A stretch of 64,000 nt of DNA from Gammaproteobacteria bacterium (GTDB taxonomy: Bacteria; Pseudomonadota; Gammaproteobacteria; Ga0077554; Ga007554), in the NCBI GenBank assembly GCA_016191235.1, contig JACPOZ010000021.1, positions 4,131 to 68,130 of the forward strand, read 5' to 3'. A program made the position numbers and the translations under genes. How positions within the stretch are numbered: the first letter of the stretch is position 1; every line of letters begins with the position of its first letter. Positions 1-11,401 of this stretch are shown here, piece after piece. Below the pieces are notes generated by a model. It was not told the origin of the DNA, made no database searches, and saw nothing but the letters and a program-made list of their open reading frames with translations.

Positions 1-256
1 CTGTGATCTCTGCACTATCTAACTGCCCCGCTCTGTCACTAGAAACAATAGCGCCATTTTACGCAACTCGCCTGTTGCAAAGCAAAACAATAAAACGCAC
101 CTGAGAAATTCAGAGGCCTCAAGATATATAGGTGAAGCGAAAAAGACGGCATCCTGTGAATCGCCATCCCACTGGTAAGTGGACAACCTTGTCCTGGGGG
201 GCTAAATGCGAAAAAGAAAAAAGCCTCGGGCCAATGATCCAAGGCTTTGTTTTGAT

Positions 257-332
257 TGGTGGGCCGTCTGCGATTCGAACGCAGGACCAACGGATTAAAA
301 GTCCGCTGCTCTACCGACTGAGCTAACGGCCC
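257..332 (-). tRNA. tRNA-Lys (anticodon UUU)
   Basis: Reverse complement reads GGGCCGTTAGCTCAGTCGGTAGAGCAGCGGACTTTTAATCCGTTGGTCCTGCGTTCGAATCGCAGACGGCCCACCA. This is a 76-nt cloverleaf with a 7-bp acceptor stem, GTTCGAATC T-loop, CTTTTAA anticodon loop and encoded CCA. Confidence 0.9.
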
Positions 333-460
333 GTTCAGGAGTGATACATAAGGTGGTGCATGATACCGATCTTGTGAAAAATAACAAGATGCTGGCGCGA
401 CAAAAATGCCGATTCCGGCCCCTTTCCATGGATTGGGAAAGGGGCCGGTTCGGCCATGGT

Positions 461-1525
461 TTATTTCACGCGAGGATCAAGCGAGCCGTTGGCGTAGCGC
501 TTGTACATTTCCTCCAGGTTGATCGCCTTGAGCTTGGAGGCATTGCCGGCAGTGCCGAAGGCTTCATAGCGGATCTTGCAGATATCCTTCATCGCCTTGG
601 TGGCGGCTTTGAAGAACTTGCGCGGGTCGAACTCTTTGGGGTTCTCGCCCATTGCCTTGCGCATCGCGCCGGTGGCGGCCAGACGCAGGTCGGTGTCAAT
701 ATTGACCTTGCGCACGCCGTGCTTGATGCCTTCCTGGATCTCTTCCAGCGGCACGCCGTAGGTTTCGCCGATGTCGCCGCCATACTGGTCGATGATCTTC
801 AGCCATTCCTGGGGCACGGAAGAGGAGCCGTGCATCACCAGATGGGTATCGGGGAGACGGGCATGAATCTCTTTGATGCGGCCGATAGCCAGGATGTCGC
901 CGGTAGGCGGACGGGTAAATTTATACGCGCCGTGGCTGGTGCCGATGGCGATGGCCAGGGCATCCACCTTGCTCGCCTTGACGAACGACGCGGCTTCTTC
1001 GGGATCGGTCAGCAGCATGGAGTGATCCAGCACGCCTTCCGCGCCACTGCCATCTTCCTCGCCCGCCATGCCGGTTTCCAGGGAGCCCAGGCAGCCCAGC
1101 TCGCCTTCCACGGAAACACCGCAGGCGTGGGCCATATCCACCACTTTACGTGTCACTTCGACGTTGTATTCGTAGCTGGCCGGGGTCTTGGCATCTTCCA
1201 TCAAGGAACCGTCCATCATCACCGAGGTGAAACCACTCTGGATGGAACGCATGCACACAGAGGGGGAAGCGCCATGGTCCTGATGTACAACAATGGGGAT
1301 ATGCGGGTACATTTCTACCGCAGCGAACATCAAGTGGCGCAGGAAGGGTTCGCCGGCGTAGGAACGGGCGCCAGCGGAAGCTTGCACGATCACCGGGCTG
1401 TCAGTTTCATCGGCCGCCTGCATGATGGAGTGCATCTGCTCCATATTGTTCACGTTAAATGCGGGCACGCCATAGCCGTGTTCAGCGGCATGGTCCAGAA
1501 GCTGGCGCAGGGATATTAAAGCCAT
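461..1525 (-). CDS. fba: fructose-1,6-bisphosphate aldolase, class II (CbbA-type)
   Basis: 354-aa ORF with N-terminus [27 protein letters not shown] and VVHQDHG and GTSHGAYKF motifs of class II FBA. Last gene of the tkt-gap-pgk-pyk-fba string. Confidence 0.93.
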   Translation of the reverse strand: MALISLRQLLDHAAEHGYGVPAFNVNNMEQMHSIMQAADETDSPVIVQASAGARSYAGEPFLRHLMFAAVEMYPHIPIVVHQDHGASPSVCMRSIQSGFTSVMMDGSLMEDAKTPASYEYNVEVTRKVVDMAHACGVSVEGELGCLGSLETGMAGEEDGSGAEGVLDHSMLLTDPEEAASFVKASKVDALAIAIGTSHGAYKFTRPPTGDILAIGRIKEIHARLPDTHLVMHGSSSVPQEWLKIIDQYGGDIGETYGVPLEEIQEGIKHGVRKVNIDTDLRLAATGAMRKAMGENPKEFDPRKFFKAATKAMKDICKIRYEAFGTAGNASKLKAINLEEMYKRYANGSLDPRVK

Positions 1526-1595
1526 TGTATTCTCCTCATAGATTTATCGAAGGTTAAAAATTCTTTATTAATGATTCACCAGTTGAGCGTATCCG

Positions 1596-3041
1596 TCAAC
1601 CTTGAGGGGCAACAAGATCGCCCACCCGCACAATCTTCATGGCGTTGGTTCCGCCCTGCACTCCGGTCAGATCGCCCTTGGTGATAATCACCAGATCGCC
1701 ATCGCGCACCGCGCCGCGCCGCACCAGCTCATCAATGGCTTCTTTGTTCACCAAGGCATGATCGGTGGAGTTGACATCAAAGCTGACGGGGTACACACCA
1801 CGGTACAGCGTCACTTTTCTGCGCGTCGCCACGTGCGGCGTCAGGGCATAGATCGGGATGCCGGAGCTAATGCGTGACATCCACAAGGGCGTGGAGCCGG
1901 ATTCGGTCAACGCCGCGATAGCCTTCACACCAAGGTGATTCGCGGTATACATGCACGCCATCGCGATGGCCTCGTCAATACGCCCGAAGTGTGTGTTGAG
2001 GCGGTGATCGGAGGTCATTGCCAACGGCTGCTTTTCCGCCTCGAAACAGATGCGGTGCATCGAGGCCACTGCCTTGGCGGGGTATTTTCCACTCGCTGTC
2101 TCCGCCGACAACATCACCGCATCCGTGCCATCCAGCACCGCATTCGCCACGTCAAAGACTTCGGCGCGGGTCGGGATCGGGTTTTCGATCATCGACTCCA
2201 TCATCTGGGTAGCGGTGATCACCACCCGATTCATGGAGCGGGCCAGTTTGATGATGCGCTTTTGCACGGCAGGTAGCTCGGCATCGCCAATCTCGACACC
2301 CAAATCGCCACGCGCAACCATCACCGCATCTGTGGCGGCAATGATTTCTTCCAGGTCTTCAATGGCCTCGGCGCGCTCAATTTTCGCCACAATGCTGCCA
2401 TGGCCACCAGCGGCACGCAGCAGGCTGCGGGCGTAGTTGACATCAGCCGCACTGCGCGGAAAAGACACCGCCACATAATCCGCCTGGATTTCCGCCGCAG
2501 TTATGATGTCGGCGCGGTCCTTGTCGGTGATGGCCGCCGCGGACAACCCGCCGCCCTGGCGGTTGATTCCCTTATTATTGGAGAGCGCACCACCCACCAC
2601 CACCTGGCAGATAATCTGCTTACCTGTGACCTGCTCCACCCAAAGCACGATACGACCGTCGTCAAGCAACAGGGTATCGCCGCGATTCACGTCATTGGGC
2701 AAATCCTTGTAGGTAAGCCCGACCCGTTCCTGGTCGCCGTCGTTGACACCGCAGCTTGCGTCCAGGACAAACCGTGCGCCCTCGACGAGGATAATCTTGC
2801 CATCGCGGAAACGGTCAATCCTGATCTTGGGACCCTGCAAGTCCACCAACACGCCCACCTGACGGCCATAAGCAACCGCCCGGTTGCGCACTGCCTCGGC
2901 GCGCCGTTTATGGTCCTCGGAGGAGCCGTGAGAAAAATTAAGGCGGACCACATCGACACCCGCCTCGATAACGCCATCCAGCACTTTTGGATCATCGGTG
3001 GCGGGGCCGAGTGTTGCAACAATCTTGGTTCGTCTTAGCAA
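1596..3041 (-). CDS. pyk: pyruvate kinase
   Basis: 481 aa with MLRRTKIVATLGPA start and NFSHG and MVARGDLGVEIG motifs. Confidence 0.93.
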   Translation of the reverse strand: MLRRTKIVATLGPATDDPKVLDGVIEAGVDVVRLNFSHGSSEDHKRRAEAVRNRAVAYGRQVGVLVDLQGPKIRIDRFRDGKIILVEGARFVLDASCGVNDGDQERVGLTYKDLPNDVNRGDTLLLDDGRIVLWVEQVTGKQIICQVVVGGALSNNKGINRQGGGLSAAAITDKDRADIITAAEIQADYVAVSFPRSAADVNYARSLLRAAGGHGSIVAKIERAEAIEDLEEIIAATDAVMVARGDLGVEIGDAELPAVQKRIIKLARSMNRVVITATQMMESMIENPIPTRAEVFDVANAVLDGTDAVMLSAETASGKYPAKAVASMHRICFEAEKQPLAMTSDHRLNTHFGRIDEAIAMACMYTANHLGVKAIAALTESGSTPLWMSRISSGIPIYALTPHVATRRKVTLYRGVYPVSFDVNSTDHALVNKEAIDELVRRGAVRDGDLVIITKGDLTGVQGGTNAMKIVRVGDLVAPQG

Positions 3042-3177
3042 ATCAATAACTCCGTAGCGTAATCCAGGTCATTCACGCAAAACCGCGCCGTTGAATGCAC
3101 TATCTTTGCTATATGTTCCACATGCCTGTCACAGTGGTTTTTTGTGCATCAACTCTTTGCGGCTCTGCGTGACATTT

Positions 3178-4359
3178 TTACTTCTTCGCAGCACGTTCTT
3201 CCAAAATCGCCACGGCAGGCAGCTTCTTTCCTTCCAAAAACTCAAGGAAGGCGCCACCACCGGTGGAGATATAGGAAATCTTATCAGCGATATTATACTT
3301 GGCCACCGCCGCCAGCGTGTCCCCGCCGCCCGCGATGGAGAAGGCCTTGGAGTTGGCGATAGCCAGCGACAACGCCTTGGTGCCATTGCCGAACTGATCA
3401 AACTCAAACACGCCAACCGGGCCATTCCAGACAATAGTGCCGGCATTGGCAATGATTTCTTCCAATTGTTTGCTGGACTTGGGGCCGAAGTCGAAAATCA
3501 TGTCATCATCGGCCACGTCTTTAACATCCTTCAATGTGGCAACGGCGGATTCGGAGAACTCCTTGCCGCACACCACATCCACCGGAACAGGCACATCACC
3601 GCCTTTGGCGCGGGCCTCGGCAATAATGTCCTTGGCTTCTTGCACCAAATCGGCTTCCGCCAGCGATTTACCCACTTTGTGGCCTTCCGCCAGGATAAAG
3701 GTATTGGCGATACCGCCGCCAACAATCAGCTGATCCACGATTTTCGACAATGATTTAAGTACAGTGAGCTTGGTCGACACTTTCGAGCCGCCAACAATGG
3801 CAACCATGGGGCGCGCGGGCTTGTCCAACGCCTTGCCCAATGCTTCCAGCTCGGCGGCCAGCAGCGGACCGGCGCAGGCTATGGGGGCGAATTTGGCAAC
3901 GCCGTGGGTGGATGCCTCGGCGCGGTGCGCGGTACCGAAGGCATCCATCACATAGATGTCACACAGCGCGGCATACTGCCTGGAAAGATCATCCGCGTTC
4001 TTTTTCTCGCCCTTATTAAAGCGCACATTTTCGAAGACCACCACCTCACCGGGGGCGACATCAACGCCGCCCAGATAGTCCTTGATGACCCGCACCGGCT
4101 TGCCGAGCAGGCCGGACAGATGTTCCGCGACGGGTTTCATGGAGTTGTCTTCGCTGTAGACGCCTTCTTCAGGGCGGCCCAGATGCGACATCACCATCAC
4201 CTTGGCACCCGCCTTCACCGCCAACTGGATGGTAGGCAGGGAAGCACGAATGCGGGTGTCGTCAGCCACCTTGCCATTTTTGAGCGGCACATTGAGATCT
4301 TCACGGATCAACACCCGCTTTCCAGCAAGGTCGAGATCAGTCATTTTGATTACAGACAT
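3178..4359 (-). CDS. pgk: phosphoglycerate kinase
   Basis: 393 aa with [22 protein letters not shown] and [12 protein letters not shown] motifs. AGGAG Shine-Dalgarno (SD) sequence upstream of the ATG at 4359. Confidence 0.95.
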   Translation of the reverse strand: MSVIKMTDLDLAGKRVLIREDLNVPLKNGKVADDTRIRASLPTIQLAVKAGAKVMVMSHLGRPEEGVYSEDNSMKPVAEHLSGLLGKPVRVIKDYLGGVDVAPGEVVVFENVRFNKGEKKNADDLSRQYAALCDIYVMDAFGTAHRAEASTHGVAKFAPIACAGPLLAAELEALGKALDKPARPMVAIVGGSKVSTKLTVLKSLSKIVDQLIVGGGIANTFILAEGHKVGKSLAEADLVQEAKDIIAEARAKGGDVPVPVDVVCGKEFSESAVATLKDVKDVADDDMIFDFGPKSSKQLEEIIANAGTIVWNGPVGVFEFDQFGNGTKALSLAIANSKAFSIAGGGDTLAAVAKYNIADKISYISTGGGAFLEFLEGKKLPAVAILEERAAKK

Positions 4360-4477
4360 GGGTTTACTCCTGGCTGAATTTAAAAGTCATCAGCGAAGGC
4401 TCGCCGCCTTGGCTAATGGCTCTTTAAGTAAAAAAACAGGGCGGGTTAGGCAAAATGCGCCAACCCGCCCGACATTT

Positions 4478-5533
<1,056 letters not shown>

Positions 5534-5578
5534 TTAAAACGGCCAACCCAGGCTGATAATTCTTGATTTCAGAACGCA

Positions 5579-5652
5579 GGGTGCGTCCCACGCACCCGCA
5601 ATAGCGCTCGACGCGGCCAGGGTGCGCCCTTCGGGCCTGCTCAGTGCAGGCC
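5579..5652. repeat. REP-like hairpin cluster in the tkt-gap spacer
   Basis: gggtgcgtcccacgcaccc (7-bp stem ggtgcgt/acgcacc), followed by a second hairpin ggcctgc-tcagt-gcaggcc. The 18-mer gggtgcgtcccacgcacc recurs exactly at 55966-55983. Confidence 0.45.
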
Positions 5653-5677
5653 ACAGCGCATCCTACGCTCTTGATTG

Positions 5678-7672
5678 TCAGAGAACGCCCTGGACAGCCT
5701 TTACGACATTGTCCACGGTGAAACCGAACTCCTTGAATAGGTCACCCGCCGGGGCCGATTCGCCGAAGGTGTCGATGCCGACCACCGCGCCTTCCAGGCC
5801 GACATACTTATGCCAGCACTCGGTCACACCGGCTTCCACGGCTACGCGCACTATACCCTTGGGCAGCACGCTGTCTTTATAGGCCTGGTCCTGACGGTCA
5901 AAGACGTTCGTGGAGGGCATGGACACCACGCGCGCGGCGATGCCTTTTTCCGCCAAAACCTGTTGCGCACCCGTCGCCAGGGCCACTTCAGAGCCGGTGG
6001 CAATCAGCACAACCTTGGGCTTGCCGCCTGCGGCTTCGGAGAGAACATAACCGCCCTTGCTGACGTTGACAATAGTGGCTTCATCACGTTTCTGGAAAGG
6101 CAGATTCTGGCGGCTGAAGATCAGGCTGCTCGGGCCATCCTTGCGCTCAATGGCGCGCGCCCAGGAAACAGCGGACTCCAGTGTATCGCAGGGGCGCCAC
6201 ACATCCATATTGGGGATGAGACGCAGCGTGGCGGTCTGTTCGACGGGCTGGTGGGTCGGGCCGTCTTCGCCCAGACCGATGGAGTCATGGGTGAATACAA
6301 AGATTGAACGAATCTTCATCAACGCCGCCATGCGCAGGGCATTACGCGCATATTCGGAGAACATCAGGAAGGTCGCGCCGTAAGGAATCACGCCACCGTG
6401 CAACGCCATGCCATTCATCATGGCGGACATGCCGAACTCGCGCACGCCATAGTACACGTAATTGCCGCCGTCCTTTTTGGAGACGCCGCGCGAACCGGAC
6501 CACAGCGTCAGGTTGGAGCTGGCCAGATCCGCGGAACCGCCGAGCAGTTCCGGCAGCGCGGGCGCGAGGCCTTCGATGCTGTTTTGCGAGGCCTTGCGTG
6601 TGGCGATGGTCTCGCCTTTGGTGTTGACATTGGCTATGAAAGCATCGACGTGCTCGCTCCAATTCGCAGGCAGCTCGCCGCTCATGCGGCGCGTGAACTC
6701 GGCAGCCTCGGCGGGGTAGCTCGCAGCATATTCGGCAAACTTGTTGCTCCACAGCTTCTCAAGACCTTCACCTTTGGTGCGAGCATCCCAACCCTCGTAA
6801 ACATGCTTGGGGATCTCGAAGGGAGGATAGCTCCAGCCGATGTTGGCACGGGTTGCGGCCACTTCAGCATCGCCCAGCGCGGCGCCGTGGCAATCATGGC
6901 TGCCTGACTTGTTGGGCGAGCCCATGCCGATCACCGTTTTGCAGCAGATCATCGTGGGCTTGTCGGTATTGGCCTTGGCGGCCTCAATCGCGGCCTCAAT
7001 CGCCGCCGTGTTATGACCGTCAACGTTCGGGATCACGTGCCAGCCATAGGCCTCGAAACGCTTGGGGGTGTCATCGGTAAACCAGCCTTCAACGTGGCCG
7101 TCGATGGAAATGCCATTGTCGTCGTAGAAGGCAATCAGCTTGCCCAGGCCCAGTGTGCCGGCCAGCGAACAGGCCTCGTGGGAGATACCCTCCATCAAGC
7201 AACCGTCGCCCAGAAACACATAGGTGTGGTGGTTGACGATTTCATGGCCGGGCTTATTAAACTCGGCAGCCAGCACCTTTTCGGCAATCGCCATGCCGAC
7301 GGCATTGGTGATGCCCTGACCCAACGGGCCAGTCGTGGTCTCGATACCAGGCGCGTAACCGTATTCAGGGTGTCCAGGGGTTTTGGAGTGAAGCTGACGG
7401 AAGCGTTTGATCTCTTCCATTGGCAGGTCATAGCCGGTGAGGTGCAACAGTGCGTACAGCAGCATCGAGCCATGGCCATTCGAAAGCACGAAGCGGTCGC
7501 GGTCAGGCCATTTGGGGTTGGCCGGGTTATGGCGCAGATGGTGGTTCCACAAAACTTCCGCGATTTCCGCCATGCCCATGGGCGCGCCGGGGTGCCCAGA
7601 GTTGGCCTTCTGTACGGCATCCATCGCAAGCGCGCGTATGGCATTGGCTAAATCTTTACGGGAAGCAGACAT
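5678..7672 (-). CDS. tkt: transketolase
   Basis: ORF 5678..7741 trimmed to [15 protein letters not shown] (ATG 7672, AGAGGAA SD). SGHPGAPMG and GDGCLMEG thiamine-diphosphate motifs present. Confidence 0.93.
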   Translation of the reverse strand: MSASRKDLANAIRALAMDAVQKANSGHPGAPMGMAEIAEVLWNHHLRHNPANPKWPDRDRFVLSNGHGSMLLYALLHLTGYDLPMEEIKRFRQLHSKTPGHPEYGYAPGIETTTGPLGQGITNAVGMAIAEKVLAAEFNKPGHEIVNHHTYVFLGDGCLMEGISHEACSLAGTLGLGKLIAFYDDNGISIDGHVEGWFTDDTPKRFEAYGWHVIPNVDGHNTAAIEAAIEAAKANTDKPTMICCKTVIGMGSPNKSGSHDCHGAALGDAEVAATRANIGWSYPPFEIPKHVYEGWDARTKGEGLEKLWSNKFAEYAASYPAEAAEFTRRMSGELPANWSEHVDAFIANVNTKGETIATRKASQNSIEGLAPALPELLGGSADLASSNLTLWSGSRGVSKKDGGNYVYYGVREFGMSAMMNGMALHGGVIPYGATFLMFSEYARNALRMAALMKIRSIFVFTHDSIGLGEDGPTHQPVEQTATLRLIPNMDVWRPCDTLESAVSWARAIERKDGPSSLIFSRQNLPFQKRDEATIVNVSKGGYVLSEAAGGKPKVVLIATGSEVALATGAQQVLAEKGIAARVVSMPSTNVFDRQDQAYKDSVLPKGIVRVAVEAGVTECWHKYVGLEGAVVGIDTFGESAPAGDLFKEFGFTVDNVVKAVQGVL

Positions 7673-8076
7673 GCATTTTTCCTCTAACTCTTTAAAATAA
7701 AAACTAAAATAGTAAGTTGACCCGATCTTTTCAGGACCCAAAGAATGTTATTTTCTCTTAGATTGGACTATTCGGCAATAGCGGGCGCCCAAATGCCGTG
7801 GGAAGTGGGGAGTATTACCGCATATTTCCTATCGAGGATGACTATCGGAAAACACGGATTGCTTGCTCAGGAGCCGTAAAAATATCCGCCGCCGCAGCGA
7901 CGGCTGCATGGACGCGAGAGATAAGGCACATTTAACCCGAATGTTTCATAGATTCGCGTGACGGAGGCATGGCAAGGCATAAAAAGTTATTTCTCGAATC
8001 GGTGATTCACCCTTGAGATTGCTTTCATGGCATGAATTACATATATTAATTTATAAATACAATATGGATTACACAT

Positions 8077-8313
8077 ATGACTACAGTCTCAGTTCGTCTA
8101 CCGGATGATCTCCTCAAGGAGGCTGACAAACACGCCCACGAATTGCACATACCGCGGGCCGAATACATCCGCCGGGCAATTGAAACATTGAATGCAGAGG
8201 TCACCTCCCAGCAGCGCCGTGACCGCATGATAAAAGCTTCCCAGCGCGTGCGGGCGGAAAGCATGCGTGTCAACGCCGAATTCAGCACTATAGAAGATGC
8301 CCCCAATGCGTAA
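8077..8313 (+). CDS. ribbon-helix-helix (CopG/MazE-like) antitoxin
   Basis: 78 aa with an N-terminal RHH pattern (TVSVRLPDDLLKEADKHAHELHIPRAEYIRRAIE). Its stop overlaps the start region of the downstream PemK/MazF-like ORF. Preceded by an AT-rich region with repeated attaca(c)atat motifs. Confidence 0.75.
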   Translation: MTTVSVRLPDDLLKEADKHAHELHIPRAEYIRRAIETLNAEVTSQQRRDRMIKASQRVRAESMRVNAEFSTIEDAPNA

Positions 8314-8656
8314 GCGCGGGAGCGTCTGGCTTGCCAATCTCAATCCCGGCCGCGGCACGGAGCCTGGCAAAATCCGGCCCGTGCTGATCGTGCAAAGCCA
8401 AGCCTTACTGGATGCGGAGCATCCTTCTACCCTCGTGGTACCGCTCACTACCCACTTGATAGAAGATGCCGAACCACTGCGTTTGCGTATCGCCGCCCAA
8501 TCTGATCTCGACAAGGAATCAGATCTCCTGCTCGACCAGTTACGTGCCATTGATAACAAACGGTTGATCCAAGGCCCCTTGCTTCAATGCACTTCCGAAT
8601 TCATGAGGCGGGTGGATCAAGCATTGATAGAAGTACTGGATATCCTGTCTGTTTAG
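8297..8656 (+). CDS. PemK/MazF-family endoribonuclease toxin
   Basis: 119 aa with RGSVWLANLNPGRGTEPGKIRPVLIVQS and STLVVPLTT, characteristic of the MazF/PemK fold. An alternative ATG lies at 8306. Overlaps the antitoxin stop (8311-8313). Confidence 0.8.
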   Translation: MPPMRKRGSVWLANLNPGRGTEPGKIRPVLIVQSQALLDAEHPSTLVVPLTTHLIEDAEPLRLRIAAQSDLDKESDLLLDQLRAIDNKRLIQGPLLQCTSEFMRRVDQALIEVLDILSV

Positions 8657-8694
8657 TCTCCGGTCTGCCGCAACAGATGGGGACTCACAGCATC

Positions 8695-10077
8695 TCACCC
8701 CGCCGGAAACATTTTGTCCGGGTTAAGTATCCCTTTGGGGTCGAACTGATCCTTGATGCGTTTCATCAATGCCAGGGTGGGCGGGTCAATCTCACGGCTG
8801 ACGAAATCGCGCTTTTCGATGCCTACGCCGTGCTCGCCGGAGAGTGTGCCGTTCAACTTCAGGACGAGGCTGAAGACCTTATCCAGACAGTGTTCGGCAT
8901 TATGCATCTGTACCGGGTCATCGGGATCGACTAGCAGATTGACGTGGATGTTGCCATTACCAGCATGCCCGAAATTGACGATGGTGATGTTGTGCTCACG
9001 CGCCAGCACGTCCAGGCCGTCGATAAGTTCGGCCATGCGCGACACCGGCACCACAACATCCTCATTGATCTTTTTTGGCGCAATAGTGCGCAATGCGGGG
9101 GATAGCGCCTTGCGTGTTGCCCATAAATCGCTGACTTCCTGAGGGGTACGGGCGGCCCATAGATCCAGCAACCCTTCGCCTTGCGCGGCGCGGCTCACTG
9201 CCGCAACCGCGTCATCCATCGCGGCCTGCGAACCATCCACCTCGATCATCAGCAATGCCCCCGCCCCCACTGGCAGATCGGCCTTGGAGTAGCTGCGTAT
9301 CATCTCGATTGCGCGGCCGTCGATGAATTCCAGTGCGCACGGTGTGACGGGCTGCGCCATGATGCGCGATACAGCGGCGGCGGCGGCGCGCATGTCGCTG
9401 TAGACGGCGCGCAGGGTACGCTTGGTCTCCGGCAATGGGGTGAGTTTCAGCGTCGCCTCGGTGATGATCGCCAGTGTGCCCTCGCAGCCGACGATCAGCC
9501 GCGTGAGGTCGTAGCCGACGACGCCCTTGGTGGTATAGACCCCCGTGCGAATCTCCTCGCCCGCACCGGTGACCGCGCGCAAACCCAGGGTATTTTCACG
9601 CGGCGTGCCATATTTGACGGCGCGTGGGCCGGCGGAGTTGTAGGCCAGGTTACCGCCCACCGTACAGAAGGCGGCGCTGGTGGGGTCAGGCGGCCAGAAA
9701 AAACCGTGCGCCCCAGCGGCGTCTTGCACCTGCTGATTGGTAACGCCCGGCTCCACCACCATGACGCGGTTGTCCGGGTCGACGCGCAGTATGCGATCCA
9801 TGCGCTCCAGCGCCAGCACCAGTCCACCGCGCAGCGGCACGGTGGCGCCAGTGGTGCCGGTACCCCGCCCGCGCGGCACCAGCGGCACAGCATGGTGATT
9901 GCACAGCCGCACAATGTCACGCACTTGTTCATGCGTGGTGGCGAAGACCACGGCATCGGGCAGCGCATGGCGCCGGCTGTTGTCGTACCCATACGGCCAG
10001 CAGTCGGCGGCATCGCTCAGCACATTTTCTGCGCCGGCGATGGCGGTGAGCTGCTCCAGGAAGGCGGGCGGTATCAT
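8695..10077 (-). CDS. FAD-linked oxidase (GlcD / D-lactate dehydrogenase family)
   Basis: 460 aa with an FAD-binding PCMH-type segment (VPRGRGTGTTGATVP) and C-terminal GTLSGEHGVGIEKR. No glcE or glcF neighbours. Confidence 0.85.
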   Translation of the reverse strand: MIPPAFLEQLTAIAGAENVLSDAADCWPYGYDNSRRHALPDAVVFATTHEQVRDIVRLCNHHAVPLVPRGRGTGTTGATVPLRGGLVLALERMDRILRVDPDNRVMVVEPGVTNQQVQDAAGAHGFFWPPDPTSAAFCTVGGNLAYNSAGPRAVKYGTPRENTLGLRAVTGAGEEIRTGVYTTKGVVGYDLTRLIVGCEGTLAIITEATLKLTPLPETKRTLRAVYSDMRAAAAAVSRIMAQPVTPCALEFIDGRAIEMIRSYSKADLPVGAGALLMIEVDGSQAAMDDAVAAVSRAAQGEGLLDLWAARTPQEVSDLWATRKALSPALRTIAPKKINEDVVVPVSRMAELIDGLDVLAREHNITIVNFGHAGNGNIHVNLLVDPDDPVQMHNAEHCLDKVFSLVLKLNGTLSGEHGVGIEKRDFVSREIDPPTLALMKRIKDQFDPKGILNPDKMFPAG

Positions 10078-10140
10078 GGTCTTTTAACGCTTACTGGCTT
10101 TGAACCCATATTATTCATTAGGCGAGGAGAGCGCACAACG

Positions 10141-10264
10141 CCGTTCGTGGTGAGCTTGTCGAACCATGAACGGCCCTTCGACAGGCTCAGGGCAAACGGT
10201 TTGGGGGCTAATGGCAATCTGCGTTTAACTTTCTTCCCACCCTCTCCCGCCTTGCGGGAGAGGG
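10141..10264. repeat. REP-like intergenic repeats (two hairpin units)
   Basis: Unit 1 is ccgttcgtgg...ccatgaacgg followed by cccttcgacaggctcagggcaaacgg. It translates as the spurious ...SLSNHERPFDRLRANG peptide, which I recall as a repeat family seen in many proteobacterial genomes (recollection, not checked). Unit 2 is a perfect 11-bp stem, ccctctcccgc-ctt-gcgggagaggg (10240-10264). Confidence 0.5.
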
Positions 10265-10364
10265 GGTAAAAATACACCATTGAATTGGAGATGGAATTGC
10301 CGCTTTGAATCCGGATATTTCATAAATCCGTGATGCGCTGTTATGAAACATCCGGGGTAAATCT

Positions 10365-10946
10365 TCAATCAAGATATTCAAAAATCCTGACCACGCGTTC
10401 CACGCCATCGGTACGGCTGGCAATGTCACTGGCGATATCCGCTTCTTTGCGGGTCACTACGCCCATCAGATAAACAATGCTGCTGTCGGTGACCACCTTG
10501 ATATCATTGGCGCTGATCTCCTTTGCGCCCAGCAGCATGGTTTTGACCTTGGTGGTGATCCAGGAGTCGCGGCTGGCGGTCTGAAATGCGATGGGCTGGC
10601 CGATGGTCATTTCGTTATGCACCCGTTTCACCTTTGTAATGCCTTTGACCTTGTCGGCGGCACGCGTACGGAGATCCTCGGTGGGCGCCTGTCCGGTCAA
10701 CAGCACCACGCCGTTAAAACTGGTGACACTGATGCGCGCCTTGTCCGACAATTCAGAATCGGAGAATATCGCCCGCATCGCCTTGAATTCGATAGACTGG
10801 TCATCCACTACTTCCCCCACCGTGCGGCGGTCGCTGGCTACGGCGGCGCCGGTCGCACCACCCGCAATAATCGCCCCCGCGCAGCCCTGCAACAATGCGG
10901 CCGTGAGAAATCCATTGATCATTAGTAAAGACAGCTTTCTATTCAC
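10365..10946 (-). CDS. dolP: BON-domain outer-membrane lipoprotein (DolP/YraP-like)
   Basis: 193 aa with a lipobox signal peptide ...LLQGCAG and two BON-like halves. Conserved position after lpoA-yraN. Confidence 0.85.
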   Translation of the reverse strand: MNRKLSLLMINGFLTAALLQGCAGAIIAGGATGAAVASDRRTVGEVVDDQSIEFKAMRAIFSDSELSDKARISVTSFNGVVLLTGQAPTEDLRTRAADKVKGITKVKRVHNEMTIGQPIAFQTASRDSWITTKVKTMLLGAKEISANDIKVVTDSSIVYLMGVVTRKEADIASDIASRTDGVERVVRIFEYLD

Positions 10947-10972
10947 GTCAACCTCCTATTTTATTAATGGCA

Positions 10973-11401
10973 TCATGCCCCAAACGCATTTTGTATCCAG
11001 AGCACTTCATCATGCTGCGCGCCGGGCGAAATCGAGATCACATCAAAACGTGCCGGGTGCTTGGCCGCTGCCCTGTGCGATTGCAGATAGTGTAACGCAG
11101 TGGCGGTAAGTTTGGCCTGCTTGCGCCGGTCGATACTCTCTGCGCCGCTGCCAAAGCGCGCACTGCGCCGGTAGCGGACTTCGACAAACACGATGCTGCC
11201 CGCATGGCGCATCACAAGATCAATTTCGCCGCACGGACAATGGTAGTTGCGTTCCACCAGTTGCAAGCCACGTTCCAGCAGGTAGCGGCAGGCCAGGTCT
11301 TCCGCCTCGCCCCCGCGCACCGGCGGCCTTCCGCTTGGCGGGATTTTACTGGTCAAGGCTGCGCGATGATGCGCGGCTCGCCATCCACGAAACGCGCGCA
11401 C
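10973..11401 (-). CDS. yraN: YraN-family (UPF0102) endonuclease-like protein
   Basis: GEAEDLACRYLLERGLQLVERNYHCPCGEIDLVMRH...VFVEVRYR signature. Start is uncertain because the ORF overlaps the lpoA 3' end by 49 nt. Confidence 0.8.
   Translation of the reverse strand: MRAFRGWRAAHHRAALTSKIPPSGRPPVRGGEAEDLACRYLLERGLQLVERNYHCPCGEIDLVMRHAGSIVFVEVRYRRSARFGSGAESIDRRKQAKLTATALHYLQSHRAAAKHPARFDVISISPGAQHDEVLWIQNAFGA

Noticed and set aside
341-1519. 392-aa plus-strand ORF fully antisense to fba. Similar long antisense ORFs occur at 4202-5503, 9181-10269, 15819-16682, 20992-22005, 50861-51958, 53514-54533 and 56692-57477.
   Set aside because: All lie opposite genes with unmistakable conserved motifs. 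Their translations are Arg/Gly/His/Ala-rich low-complexity strings typical of antisense frames in GC-rich DNA, and none has a recognisable motif or SD.
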